Assembly (NCBI GenBank): GCA_050733355.1
Contig: JBOHSY010000473.1
Location: 1,095 to 65,094, forward strand
Source of the DNA: Gemmatimonadales bacterium
GTDB taxonomy: Bacteria; Gemmatimonadota; Gemmatimonadetes; Gemmatimonadales; GWC2-71-9
Direction: 5' to 3'
DNA: 64,000 bases
Under the pieces are notes generated by a model. That model made no database searches and had not been told where the DNA came from. It saw only the letters and a program-made list of their open reading frames with translations. Shown piece by piece: positions 21,388 to 31,186 of this stretch (the stretch's first letter is position 1; the number at the start of each line of letters is the position of its first letter). Both the position numbers and the translations under genes were made by a program.

Positions 21388-22919
21388 GCGCGGGAATCGA
21401 GGCCATTGTCGCCGGTGCCCGGGCGGGCGGCGCTATCGTACCGGTCACCCGCCAGGTGCTGCTCGACGGCGATACCCCGGTCACCGCCTTCGCGAAGCTC
21501 CACCGCGGCCCGTTCGGCTTCCTCCTCGAGTCGCTCGAGGGTGGCGAGCGGTGGGCGCGCTACACCTTCCTGGCCACCGACCCGCGGGAGGTCTTCCGCT
21601 ACCGAGGCCGCAACTGCGAGCGCTGGACCGCCGCCACGGGTTGGCGGCCGGAGGCCGAGGACGTCGCACCGCTCGAGCACCTCGGCCGCACCATGCGGCG
21701 CTACGCCCCGGTGGAGGTGCCGGGGCTGCCGCGCTTCGCCGGAGGTGCCGTCGGATACCTCGGCTACGACATCGTACGCACCATCGAGTCGCTGCCGTCC
21801 TCGCCGCCTGACGACCGCGGCCTGCCGGACGCGCTGCTCATGGTCGCCGACACCCTTCTCGTGCTCGACAACGTGTACAACCGCGCCACCGTGATCGCGA
21901 ACGTGGAGGTGCCCGAGGGTGCGGACGACACCACGCTGGCCGGCCTTCATGCGGCGGCGGAGGCGCGGATCGACGACTGGCTGGCGCGGCTCGCGGCACC
22001 GGCCACGACGCAGCCGCTGCCGATGACGCCGGTCGCCACGCCCGCGGTCACGTCGCCTTACGCCGACAGCCGCTTCGAGGACGACGTACGCCGCATCAAG
22101 GAATACATCGCCGCTGGCGACACATTCCAGACGGTGCTCTCTCGGCGGCTGGATCTGCCCGCGCCGGACCCGTTTCTCACGTACCGCTATCTCCGCGCCC
22201 TCAACCCGGCGCCGTATCTCTACTGCCTGCACTTCGAGGACCTGCACATCGTCGGCAGCTCGCCCGAGATCCTGGTACGGGTCGAAGAGGGAGAGGTCAC
22301 CCTCCGGCCCATCGCGGGCACCCGCCCCCGGGGCGACACGCCCGAGCGCGATGCCGCCCTCGCCGCGGAGCTCGAAGCCGACCCCAAGGAGCGCGCCGAG
22401 CACCTGATGCTGGTGGACCTCGGCCGGAACGACGTGGGCCGCGTCGCCGAGTTCGGCTCCGTCCACCTCACGGCGTTCATGACGATCGAGCGCTATTCGC
22501 ACGTCATGCACCTGGTGAGCGAGGTGCGCGGCCGGTTGCGGCCGGGCCTCGACGCAGTGGCTGCGCTTGCGGCGTGCTTCCCGGCCGGAACGGTCAGCGG
22601 CGCCCCCAAGGTGCGGGCCATGGAGATCATCGATGAACTCGAGCCAGTGCGCCGGGGCCCGTACGCGGGCGCGGTGGGCTACATCGGGTGGGGCGCGCAG
22701 GTGCTCGACACCGCCATTGCCCTCCGCACGTGCGTGATGCAGGGCGGACGCGCCTGGGTGCAGGCCGGCGCCGGAATCGTCGCCGACTCCGATCCCCACA
22801 CCGAGTTCCGGGAGACCGAGGCGAAGGCGCGGGCGGTACTGCTCGCGCTGGCCTTGGCGGAGGGAGAGGGCGGGAGGGGGAGGGAGAGGGCGGAACAGGG
22901 AAGACCGACCCCCAGGTGA
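21384..22919 (+). CDS. trpE: Anthranilate synthase component I
   Basis: TrpE-typical sequence (LLESLEGGERWARYTF..., GTRPRG, MHLVS, GAPK, RGPYAGAVGY). The last ~20 codons (AEGEGGRGRERAEQG) translate the left arm of R5. Confidence 0.9.
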   Translation: MSAGIEAIVAGARAGGAIVPVTRQVLLDGDTPVTAFAKLHRGPFGFLLESLEGGERWARYTFLATDPREVFRYRGRNCERWTAATGWRPEAEDVAPLEHLGRTMRRYAPVEVPGLPRFAGGAVGYLGYDIVRTIESLPSSPPDDRGLPDALLMVADTLLVLDNVYNRATVIANVEVPEGADDTTLAGLHAAAEARIDDWLARLAAPATTQPLPMTPVATPAVTSPYADSRFEDDVRRIKEYIAAGDTFQTVLSRRLDLPAPDPFLTYRYLRALNPAPYLYCLHFEDLHIVGSSPEILVRVEEGEVTLRPIAGTRPRGDTPERDAALAAELEADPKERAEHLMLVDLGRNDVGRVAEFGSVHLTAFMTIERYSHVMHLVSEVRGRLRPGLDAVAALAACFPAGTVSGAPKVRAMEIIDELEPVRRGPYAGAVGYIGWGAQVLDTAIALRTCVMQGGRAWVQAGAGIVADSDPHTEFRETEAKARAVLLALALAEGEGGRGRERAEQGRPTPR

Positions 22920-22973
22920 GCATCGGAGCCGCTCGGCGCGGCCCGCTCCCGCCCTCTCCCTCCCTCTCCCGCC
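22857..22973. repeat. Tandem-unit hairpin R5 (GGAGGGAGA-type / complement)
   Basis: Left ggcggagggagagggcgggagggggagggagagggcgg (22857-22893); right ccgctcccgccctctccctccctctcccgcc (22943-22973). Includes an 18-bp perfect pairing ggagggagagggcgggag / ctcccgccctctccctcc. Confidence 0.85.
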
Positions 22974-22984
22974 ATATTATCTCC

Positions 22985-24523
22985 ATGCCTCTTTACCGCC
23001 TGGTCAGTACCTCAGGCACCCAGACCTTCGACCTCCCCGCGGGCCGCCCGGTGGTCCTCGGCCGAGGCGTCGCGAGTGACATCGCCATCTACGATCCGAC
23101 CATCTCGCGGCGCCACGCGGAGCTCACCGTGGCGGCCGACGGCGTCCACGTGAAGGACCTCGGCTCGTCAAACGGCACCTGCATCAACGGGCGCCGCGTC
23201 ACCGCGGGGCGCCTCGCGCCCAACGATTCCGTCACATTCGGCAAGCTGGTCTACCAGCTCCAGGCCGTGCGCGGGCCGGAAGATGCGGCGCCGCCCCCGC
23301 CGGTCAGCGGCGCGCCCGCCGGGGGCACGATCATCCGCCAGGTGCGGGTCGGGAGCGAGAGCGCGCCCCCGCACGCCGCCGCGCGCAAGCTCAGCTTGCT
23401 GCTCGGGGTCGCCCAGAAGCTCTCCGGCGAGCTGGACATCGACCGGCTGCTGGACACGGTGGTGTCGGTGACCTTCGAGGTCATGCAGGTCGACCGGGTC
23501 TCGATCCTGCTCCGGAACGAAACCACCGGCGAGCTGGTGCCCCGCATCTCGCGGACCCGGGTGGGCGATGCGGAGTTCCAGCACGTGCCCCGCTCGATCG
23601 TGCAGAAGGTGATGGACGAACGGCTCGCCGTGCTGACGCAGAACGCGGCCACCGACACGCGTTTCAAGGGCAAGTCGATCCTGGTACAGAGCGTGCGCAG
23701 CGCCATGTGCTCGCCGCTCATGGCGGAGGGCGACGAGGTGCTCGGCGTGCTGTACGTCGACAACCTGGCCATCGCCAATTCGTTCGGCGATGACGACCTC
23801 CAGTTCCTCGTGGCGTTCAGCGGACTCGCCGCGGTCGCCATCGGCAACAGCCGGTACGCCGAGCGGCTCCGCCGGGAAGAGACGGTGCGCGCGAATTTCG
23901 AGCGCTATTTCGCGCCCAACGTCGCCGCCGAGATCGCGCGGCACCAGCAGGCCGTTCGTCTCGGGGGCGAGCGCCGGCCCATGACGGTCCTCTTCGCCGA
24001 CATCAGGAACTTCACCGCGATGGCGGAGCGGATGGAGCCCGACGCGATCGCCGCGCTGCTCACCGACTATTTCACCGAGATGGTCGAGGTGATCTTCGAG
24101 CATGGCGGCACGCTGGACAAGTTCATCGGCGACGCGCTCATGGCACTCTGGGGCGCGCCGGTGGCCCAACCGGACGACCCGCGCCGCGCCTATCAGGCGG
24201 CGGTGGCCATGCAGCAGACCGTCGAGGGCCTGAATCAGCGGTGGCGCGCCGCGGGTGGCCCGACGATCGCCGTCGGCATCGGCATCAACCACGGCGAGGT
24301 GTTCGTCGGCAACATCGGGAGCCACCGGCGCCTGGAGTACACGGTCATCGGCGATGCCGTGAACGTCGCACAACGGCTCTGCGCCGAAGCCGGGTCCGGC
24401 GACATCCTGGTGAGCGAGGATTTCCGCCGTGCCATGGCGGCTCCGGTCGATGCCGAGCACCTGCCGGGCACCGGACTCAAGGGCAGGACGCAGACCGTGG
24501 AGGTGTTTCGGGTGCGCTGGTAG
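22985..24523 (+). CDS. FHA - GAF - class III adenylate/guanylate cyclase
   Basis: Start ATG 22985 (MPLYRLV). FHA motifs GRG...SRRHA...SSNGT, a GAF region, and a cyclase domain FADIRNFT...DKFIGDA...GEVFVGNIG...IGDAVNVAQRL. The upstream 99 codons of the ORF are trpE 3' end and R5. Confidence 0.85.
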   Translation: MPLYRLVSTSGTQTFDLPAGRPVVLGRGVASDIAIYDPTISRRHAELTVAADGVHVKDLGSSNGTCINGRRVTAGRLAPNDSVTFGKLVYQLQAVRGPEDAAPPPPVSGAPAGGTIIRQVRVGSESAPPHAAARKLSLLLGVAQKLSGELDIDRLLDTVVSVTFEVMQVDRVSILLRNETTGELVPRISRTRVGDAEFQHVPRSIVQKVMDERLAVLTQNAATDTRFKGKSILVQSVRSAMCSPLMAEGDEVLGVLYVDNLAIANSFGDDDLQFLVAFSGLAAVAIGNSRYAERLRREETVRANFERYFAPNVAAEIARHQQAVRLGGERRPMTVLFADIRNFTAMAERMEPDAIAALLTDYFTEMVEVIFEHGGTLDKFIGDALMALWGAPVAQPDDPRRAYQAAVAMQQTVEGLNQRWRAAGGPTIAVGIGINHGEVFVGNIGSHRRLEYTVIGDAVNVAQRLCAEAGSGDILVSEDFRRAMAAPVDAEHLPGTGLKGRTQTVEVFRVRW

Positions 24524-24525
24524 CG

Positions 24526-24613
24526 CCGGAAGAGCAGAAGAGCCGAGGAGCAGACGAGCGGATGGTGGAGTCGTTTATCTGCTCTTCCGCTCTGCGGCTC
24601 TTCTGCTCTTCCC
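24526..24613. repeat. Tandem-unit hairpin R6 (GAAGAGCA-type) between convergent genes
   Basis: ggaagagcagaagagcc (24528-24544) pairs perfectly (17 bp) with ggctcttctgctcttcc (24596-24612). Lies between the cyclase stop (24523) and overlaps the maf 3' end. Confidence 0.85.
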
Positions 24614-25173
24614 GAAGTCGTACGGAAATCCGGCTTGCTCCAGCAACACGAGAACGAGTCGGACCGGCAGTCCCATCACCCCGAAGAAATCGCCCTCGAT
24701 CCGCTCCACCAGCGCCGCGCCGTACCCCTGGATCCCGTAGGCGCCAGCCTTGTCCATCGGCTCGCCGGTGGCAACGTACGCCCGGAGCGTCTCGCGATCG
24801 GCGGGGCGGAAGGTCACGGCCGTGACGTCGGTGGCCTGGCGGGTACCGCCGGGCGCCCGCAGCGCGACCGCCGTGATGACCTCGTGGGTGCGGCCGGCCA
24901 GCCGCTCGAGCATCCGGAGCGCGTCCGCCTCGTTCTCGGGCTTCTCCAGCACCTCGCCGTCCAGCACGACGGTCGTATCGGCGGCGAGGACGAGCGCCCC
25001 GGGCACGGCCGCGGTCTTCTCGCGCGCGAGCCGCTCGACATACGCCCGCGGCGCCTCCCCCGCGGCGCGCACCTCCCGGATGTGCGGCGGCCGTACCTCG
25101 ACCGGAATCCCGAGCATCTCGAGCAGCTGCCGCCGCCGGGGAGACGACGAGGCGAGCACGAGCGGATCGGCGC

Positions 25174-25177
<4 letters not shown>
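24575..25177 (-). CDS. maf: Maf-like nucleoside triphosphate pyrophosphatase
   Basis: [15 protein letters not shown]-terminus and AGAYGIQG motif. GTGA overlap with the dtd stop. Confidence 0.9.
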
Positions 25178-25617
<440 letters not shown>

Positions 25618-25636
25618 CACGATCCTCAGTGCTGGA

Positions 25637-25728
25637 CCCCAAAGAGAGAAAGGGCACGAAGACAATCCGGCAAGTCCTGGCATCGGCGGGAATGACGTGA
25701 CCTTTGTGTTCTTCCCGCCTTTGTGGTT
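25637..25728. repeat. Degenerate purine-arm/pyrimidine-arm element in the divergent dtd / MBL promoter region
   Basis: ccccaaagagagaaagggcacgaagacaatcc (25637-25668) versus cctttgtgttcttcccgcctttgtggtt (25701-25728). Only roughly complementary; unit resembles the CACAGAG/CACAAAG family of R8/R9. Confidence 0.4.
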
Positions 25729-25739
25729 TATCGTCCAGC

Positions 25740-26648
25740 ATGCCCCTTAGCCGGTTCCGGACCCGCCTGAACTTCGCCCGCTGCTACGTGCGCGACGCCG
25801 CCATCGAGCGGCCCCGTGATGCCTCCACCCCTGTTCTGCCCGCGCCCCACCGGCCCGACCCCTCGCGCTGGTCCGACGACCACGCGTCGGTGGCCTGGCT
25901 CGGCCATGCCACCGTGCTGGGCAACTTCTTCGGCGCGTGGTTCCTCACCGATCCGGCGCTGGAGACCCGGATCGGCATCGGCCGTGGTCTCGCCAAGTTC
26001 GGCCCGCGGCGCCTCATCGCGCCCGCGCTGCTCCCGCCGGAGCTTCCGCGCCTGGACCTGGTGCTCCTCTCGCATGCGCACATGGACCATACCGATCTCG
26101 GCACGCTGGCCGCGCTTCCGAAGCACGTCCATGTCGTCGTCCAGCCGGGCAATCGCGACCTCGTGCGGCGGTTCCGCCGGGTGAGCGAGCTCGCGTGGGG
26201 AGAGCGGATCGAGATTGCGGGCATCGAGATCGAGTCGGTGGAGGTCCGCCACTGGGGCGCGCGCCTGATCACCGATCGGCACCGCGGCTACGGCGGCTAC
26301 GTCCTCCGCCGGCGGGGACGGACGATCCTGTTCGCGGGGGACACCGCCTATACCGACGTGCTCACGCCCATCGGCCGGCGCGGGCGGGTGGATCTGGCCG
26401 TCCTGCCCATCGGCGCGTACGACCCCTGGATCGCGAACCACGCCTCACCCGAGCAGGCCTGGCGGATGGTCCAGGACCTCGGCGCCGACCATGTCCTTCC
26501 GATCCACCACTCGACCTTCCGGCTCAGCCGCGAGCCGATGCGGGAGCCAATCGAGCGGTTCCTCGCCGCCGCCGGGGCCGAGGCACACCGCGTGGCGCTC
26601 ACGGAAGTAGGCCAGACGTTTACACTTGCAGCCCGCGCCGGGCCGTGA
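25740..26648 (+). CDS. MBL-fold metallo-hydrolase
   Basis: HAHMDH metal-binding motif; WLGHATVL... beta-lactamase-fold N-terminus. Start ATG 25740 (alternative 25704). Confidence 0.75.
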   Translation: MPLSRFRTRLNFARCYVRDAAIERPRDASTPVLPAPHRPDPSRWSDDHASVAWLGHATVLGNFFGAWFLTDPALETRIGIGRGLAKFGPRRLIAPALLPPELPRLDLVLLSHAHMDHTDLGTLAALPKHVHVVVQPGNRDLVRRFRRVSELAWGERIEIAGIEIESVEVRHWGARLITDRHRGYGGYVLRRRGRTILFAGDTAYTDVLTPIGRRGRVDLAVLPIGAYDPWIANHASPEQAWRMVQDLGADHVLPIHHSTFRLSREPMREPIERFLAAAGAEAHRVALTEVGQTFTLAARAGP

Positions 26649-26724
26649 CCGCGATGGGGCGATTGGCATGACGCCGCCTTGACCCGCCGGAAGGAGCTTC
26701 CGGCGACCCTTCAGGCGGAGTCCC

Positions 26725-27870
26725 ATGCGGATCGCGCTGTTCTCCGAGGTTTACTGGCCGATGGTGAGCGGCGTCTCCCTCACCCTCCAGCGGGCGGTGG
26801 ACGGACTCCGCGAGCGGGGGCACGCGGTGCGGGTGTACAGCGCCCGCTACGAGCTGCCCGCCGGCGAGCCGGACCGGCCGGAGGTCCACCGCTCATCCAG
26901 CCGGCCGCTGTTCATCTCTCCCGAGGTGCAGTGGGCGTTTCCCCGGCGCAGCGAGTTGCGCGACGACCTCGCGCGCTTCGGCCCCGACCTCGCGCACCTC
27001 GCCACGGAATTCCCCATCGGTCTCGCGGGGCTGCGTTGTGCCCGCGAGCTCGGGATCCCGATCATCGCCTCCAGCCACACCGATTACGAGCGCTATGCCG
27101 ACCGCTACGGACTGAAGTGGGCGGTCCGGCCCGGCTGGCGTTACCTGCGCTGGTTCTACGGCCACGCCGCGCGCGTGCTCTGCCCGTCGCTGGGGTACGA
27201 GGCGCACCTTCGCGCCCGGGGAGTGCGCCATACGGCCATCTGGAGCCGCGGGGTGGACGCCGAACGCTTCCATCCGCGTCACCGCTCGGAGGCGTGGCGC
27301 CGAAGCCTCGGCGTGGGACCGGGTGATCTGCTCGTAGCGAACGTAGGTCGCGTCGCTCCCGAGAAAGGGATCGACGTGCTGCTGGACGCGTGGGCGCTCC
27401 TCGAGGACCTGCGGGATCGAACGCGGCTCGTGTTCGTCGGCGGCGGGCCGATGGAGGCAGAGATCGCCCGTCGCGGCCTGCCGGGTGTGCGGGTGGCGGG
27501 ATTCCGGCAGGACAGCGAGTTGAGCGCGGCCTACGCGTCGGCCGACCTGTTCGTGCTGCCCTCGGCCACGGAGACCTTCGGGAACGTACTGCTCGAGGCG
27601 ATGGCCTCGGGGCTGCCCTGCATCGCCGCGGCGGCGGGCGGACCACTGGACCTCGTCGAGCACGGCTGGAACGGATGGCTGGTGCGGCCGGACGACGCCC
27701 CCGCGCTCGCGGACGCCCTGCGCGCGATGCTGGAGGACGAGACGCAGCGACAGCGCCTGGCCCGCGCGGCTCGCGCTGCCGCCGAAGGGCGGAGCTGGGG
27801 CGCCGTGCACGACGGTCTGGTCGCGGAGTACGAGCGTGCCGCGCGGTGCTGCGTCGCTGCGGCGGCGTAA
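26725..27870 (+). CDS. Glycosyltransferase family 4 (GT-B)
   Basis: MRIALFSEVYWPMVSGV N-terminus and C-terminal ETFGNVLLEAMASGLP (EX7E-type) motif. Confidence 0.85.
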   Translation: MRIALFSEVYWPMVSGVSLTLQRAVDGLRERGHAVRVYSARYELPAGEPDRPEVHRSSSRPLFISPEVQWAFPRRSELRDDLARFGPDLAHLATEFPIGLAGLRCARELGIPIIASSHTDYERYADRYGLKWAVRPGWRYLRWFYGHAARVLCPSLGYEAHLRARGVRHTAIWSRGVDAERFHPRHRSEAWRRSLGVGPGDLLVANVGRVAPEKGIDVLLDAWALLEDLRDRTRLVFVGGGPMEAEIARRGLPGVRVAGFRQDSELSAAYASADLFVLPSATETFGNVLLEAMASGLPCIAAAAGGPLDLVEHGWNGWLVRPDDAPALADALRAMLEDETQRQRLARAARAAAEGRSWGAVHDGLVAEYERAARCCVAAAA

Positions 27871-27905
27871 AAACGCCCCCGGACACACGTCCGGGGGCGC
27901 TTTGT
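27869..27905. terminator. Bidirectional rho-independent terminator
   Basis: aaaaa-CGCCCCCGGAC-acac-GTCCGGGGGCG-ctttg. 11-bp perfect GC stem (27874-27884 / 27889-27899) flanked by an A-run and a T-run, between the convergent GT4 and glmS genes. Confidence 0.8.
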
Positions 27906-27948
27906 TGACCAAGCGATGATCGGCGGGGGGACGTTATCGAGTCGTCCG

Positions 27949-29778
27949 CTACTCCACCGTCACCGACTTGGCCAGATTTCGGGGCTGATCCACGTTGCAC
28001 CCCCGCCGCACCGCGACGTAGTACGCCAACAGTTGCAGCGGGATACTGGTGAGAATCGGGGTCAGGAGGTCCAGCGTCTCCGGAATTTCGAAGGTCGCGT
28101 CCGCCAGCCGCTCGATCTCGCCATCACCGGTATTGACCAGCGCAATAACCTTGCCACCCCGCGCCTTCACCTCTTCGATGTTCGACACGATCTTGGGGTG
28201 CACCGCGTCGCGTGGCGCGATGAACACCACCGGCATGTTCTCGTCGATCAGGGCGATCGGGCCGTGCTTCATTTCGGCCGCGGGGTAGCCCTCGGCGTGG
28301 ATGTACGAAATCTCCTTCAACTTCAACGCGCCCTCGAGGGCGACCGGAAAATTCACCCCGCGGCCCAGGTAGAGCGCGTTGTGCGTGGTGCCGAGGAACC
28401 GCTCGGCGAGCCGCTCGATCTCCTCGGATCGCTGAAGGATGGCCGCCATCTGATCGGGCAGGCACCTGAGCGCCTGGATGATCTGTCGGCCCTGCAGGAT
28501 GCTCAGGTTCCGCAGCCGGGCGATGCGCAACGCGATCAGCGAAAGCGCCGCCACCTGGCTCGTGAACGCCTTGGTGCTGGCGACGCCCACCTCGGGACCG
28601 GCATGCAGGTAGATGCCGCCGTCTACTTCGCGCGCGATCGTCGAGCCTACCACGTTCACCACGCCGACGGTGCGGGCGCCGCGCTGCTTGGCCTCGCGGA
28701 TGGCCGCGAGCGTGTCGGCGGTCTCGCCGGACTGCGACACGCCGATCACGAGCGTGTGCTCGTCCACGACCGGGTTGCGATACCGGAACTCGGAGGCGTA
28801 TTCGACCTCCACCGGAATCCGGGCCATCTCCTCGAGCATGTACTCGCCGATGAGTCCCGCATGCCAGGACGTCCCGCACGCCGTGATGACGATGCGGTGC
28901 ACCTTGGCGAGCTGCTCGTCGGAGAGGTTGAGGCCGGTCACCCGAGCGGTGCCCTCGTCCTCGAGCAGGTGGCCGCGGAGCGTGTTCCGCAGGCTCTCCG
29001 GCTGCTCGCGGATCTCCTTGAGCATGAAGTGCGGATAGCCGCCCCGTTCGATCGTGGCGAGGTCCCATTCGATCTGCGCGATGGGCTTGCTGATCCGCGC
29101 CGTGTCCAGCGTGCGTACCCGGTACCCCTCGCGGCTGAGCACCGCCATCTCGCCGTCGTCGAGATAGATCACCGAGCGGGTGTACTGGAGCAGCGGCGAG
29201 GCGTCCGACGCCACGAACCACTCGTTCTCGCCGACGCCCACCAGGAGGGGTGACCCCTTGCGCGCCGCCACCAGCACGTTCGGCTCGTCGGCCGAGATGA
29301 ACGCGAGACCGTAGGCCCCCTCCACGTCGCGCAAGGCGAGCGCCACGGCCTCCTCGAGGTTGCCGCGGTAGAACTCGCCTACCAGGTGGGCGAGCACCTC
29401 GGTGTCGGTCTCCGAGCGGAAGGTATGGCCGCGCTGGAGCAGCGCCTTCCGGATCGACGCGGCGTTCTCGATGATGCCGTTGTGGATGACCGCGATCCGG
29501 CCTGACTGGTCGGTGTGCGGATGCGCGTTGGGTGTGGTCGGGGCGCCGTGCGTGGCCCAGCGGGTGTGCCCGATGCCGAGCGTGCCCCCGGGGAGGTTGC
29601 CGTCGAGCTGCTGCTCGAGCGCCGACAGCTTGCCGGCGGCCTTATGGATCTTGAGGCCGGCACCGTTGACCACCGCGATTCCCGCGGAGTCGTAGCCGCG
29701 ATACTCGAGGCGCCGAAGTCCGTCGATGAGCAGGTTCGCCGCGGGACGGGGACCGATGTATCCGACAATGCCACACAT
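27949..29778 (-). CDS. glmS: Glutamine--fructose-6-phosphate aminotransferase
   Basis: Start ATG 29778 (MCGIVGYIG, catalytic Cys2), two SIS domains, C-terminal ...NLAKSVTVE. 609 aa. Confidence 0.95.
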   Translation of the reverse strand: MCGIVGYIGPRPAANLLIDGLRRLEYRGYDSAGIAVVNGAGLKIHKAAGKLSALEQQLDGNLPGGTLGIGHTRWATHGAPTTPNAHPHTDQSGRIAVIHNGIIENAASIRKALLQRGHTFRSETDTEVLAHLVGEFYRGNLEEAVALALRDVEGAYGLAFISADEPNVLVAARKGSPLLVGVGENEWFVASDASPLLQYTRSVIYLDDGEMAVLSREGYRVRTLDTARISKPIAQIEWDLATIERGGYPHFMLKEIREQPESLRNTLRGHLLEDEGTARVTGLNLSDEQLAKVHRIVITACGTSWHAGLIGEYMLEEMARIPVEVEYASEFRYRNPVVDEHTLVIGVSQSGETADTLAAIREAKQRGARTVGVVNVVGSTIAREVDGGIYLHAGPEVGVASTKAFTSQVAALSLIALRIARLRNLSILQGRQIIQALRCLPDQMAAILQRSEEIERLAERFLGTTHNALYLGRGVNFPVALEGALKLKEISYIHAEGYPAAEMKHGPIALIDENMPVVFIAPRDAVHPKIVSNIEEVKARGGKVIALVNTGDGEIERLADATFEIPETLDLLTPILTSIPLQLLAYYVAVRRGCNVDQPRNLAKSVTVE

Positions 29779-29792
29779 TCTGCGTGGTCCTC

Positions 29793-31181
29793 TCAGGTCA
29801 GCGGTTCTCGCGCGGCGGCGACCAGGGCCTCCGCCTCGACGGCGGTCGGAGCCTCGGCGATCAGGCGGACGATGGGCTCGGTGCCCGAGGGCCGCACGTG
29901 CAGCCACCGGTCCCGCCAGGCGAGTCGCAGCCCATCGCTTTCGTCCACGATCGCATCGGGGAAGCGCCGCCGGAGCCGGTCGTAGAGCGGGGCCATCGCG
30001 GGCGCGCGGGGGCCCTTGGCCTTGAGGATCACGTACCGGGGCGAGGCGGCTACCACGCGGGAAAGCGATGCCCCAACCTTGGCCAAATGATGCAAAATCA
30101 AGGCCACCGCGAGGGGGGCGTCACGCCCGATGTGGAGCGTGGGCAGGATCACACCGCCGTTTCCTTCCCCGCCGATCACCGCCCGCTCGTCGCGGATGGC
30201 CCGGGCGACGTTGGCCTCCCCGACCGGCGCCCGGACCAGGCGGGCTCCGTGGTCGCGGGCTGCGTCCTCGACCACGAGGCTGGTAGACTGGTTGACTACC
30301 ACAGCCGGCACGGCGTCACTGTTCCCGCCCGTTCGCGCCCGCTCCCGCCCACGCCCGCTCAACACGGCTCGCACGGCGAGCGCCAGCGTGTAGTCCTCGC
30401 CCACGGCCGCGCCGGTTTCGTCCACCAGCGCGAGCCGATCTACGTCGGGGTCCACGGCGAAGCCGAGCTCGGCGCCGCTGTCCCGCACCAGTCGCCCCAA
30501 GTCGCCCAGGTTCTCGGACACCGGCTCAGGCGGATGGGGAAACCGCCCGTCGGGCTCCAGATGAATGCCGCTCACGCGGACACCCAGCCGCTCGAGGAGT
30601 GGCGGAATCGCAACACCTCCGGCGCCCCTGACGCAGTCCAGCGCCACATGAAACCGACGCGCGCGAATCGCTGCGACGTCGATCACGGGCAACGCGAGAA
30701 TGGCATCGAGATGCCGGGCAACCGCGTCCGGATCGTCGCGCACCCGGCCGAGACCGTCCCATGCGGCGCGCGCGGGGCCGGCGTCGGCCGTGGCGCGCAC
30801 CGCCGCGCCCGCCGCCGCGTCCAGGAAGATGCCGTCGGGGCCCACAAGCTTGAGCGCGTTCCACTCGATCGGGTTGTGGCTCGCCGTGATGACGAGCCCG
30901 GCGCCGGCGTGGTGGTGCTCCACCGCGAGCTGCGTCGTGGGCGTGGGCACGACCCCCAGGTCGATCACGTCGACACCGACGGACATGAGGCCCGCCGTCG
31001 CCGCGTGCGCGAACATGGGGCCGCTGGTACGCGCGTCACGGCCCAGCACCACGAGCGGTCGGCCCTGCGCGCGCGCCCACGCGCCCAGCGCCGCGGCGTG
31101 CCGCGCCACGAGCTCGGGCGTGAGGTCGGTGCCGACATGACCCCGCATCCCGGACACGCTGATCATCAGGGTGGCGGACAT
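29793..31181 (-). CDS. glmM: Phosphoglucosamine mutase
   Basis: Start ATG 31181 (MSATLMISVSGMRG). Active-site TASHNP and phosphohexomutase domain order. The 823-aa ORF in the track is an out-of-frame upstream extension. Confidence 0.9.
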   Translation of the reverse strand: MSATLMISVSGMRGHVGTDLTPELVARHAAALGAWARAQGRPLVVLGRDARTSGPMFAHAATAGLMSVGVDVIDLGVVPTPTTQLAVEHHHAGAGLVITASHNPIEWNALKLVGPDGIFLDAAAGAAVRATADAGPARAAWDGLGRVRDDPDAVARHLDAILALPVIDVAAIRARRFHVALDCVRGAGGVAIPPLLERLGVRVSGIHLEPDGRFPHPPEPVSENLGDLGRLVRDSGAELGFAVDPDVDRLALVDETGAAVGEDYTLALAVRAVLSGRGRERARTGGNSDAVPAVVVNQSTSLVVEDAARDHGARLVRAPVGEANVARAIRDERAVIGGEGNGGVILPTLHIGRDAPLAVALILHHLAKVGASLSRVVAASPRYVILKAKGPRAPAMAPLYDRLRRRFPDAIVDESDGLRLAWRDRWLHVRPSGTEPIVRLIAEAPTAVEAEALVAAAREPLT

Positions 31182-31186
31182 CGAGC

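Noticed and set aside
29779-29792. glmS ribozyme upstream of glmS
   Set aside because: Only 14 nt separate the glmM stop and the glmS start, which leaves no room for the ~170-nt ribozyme.
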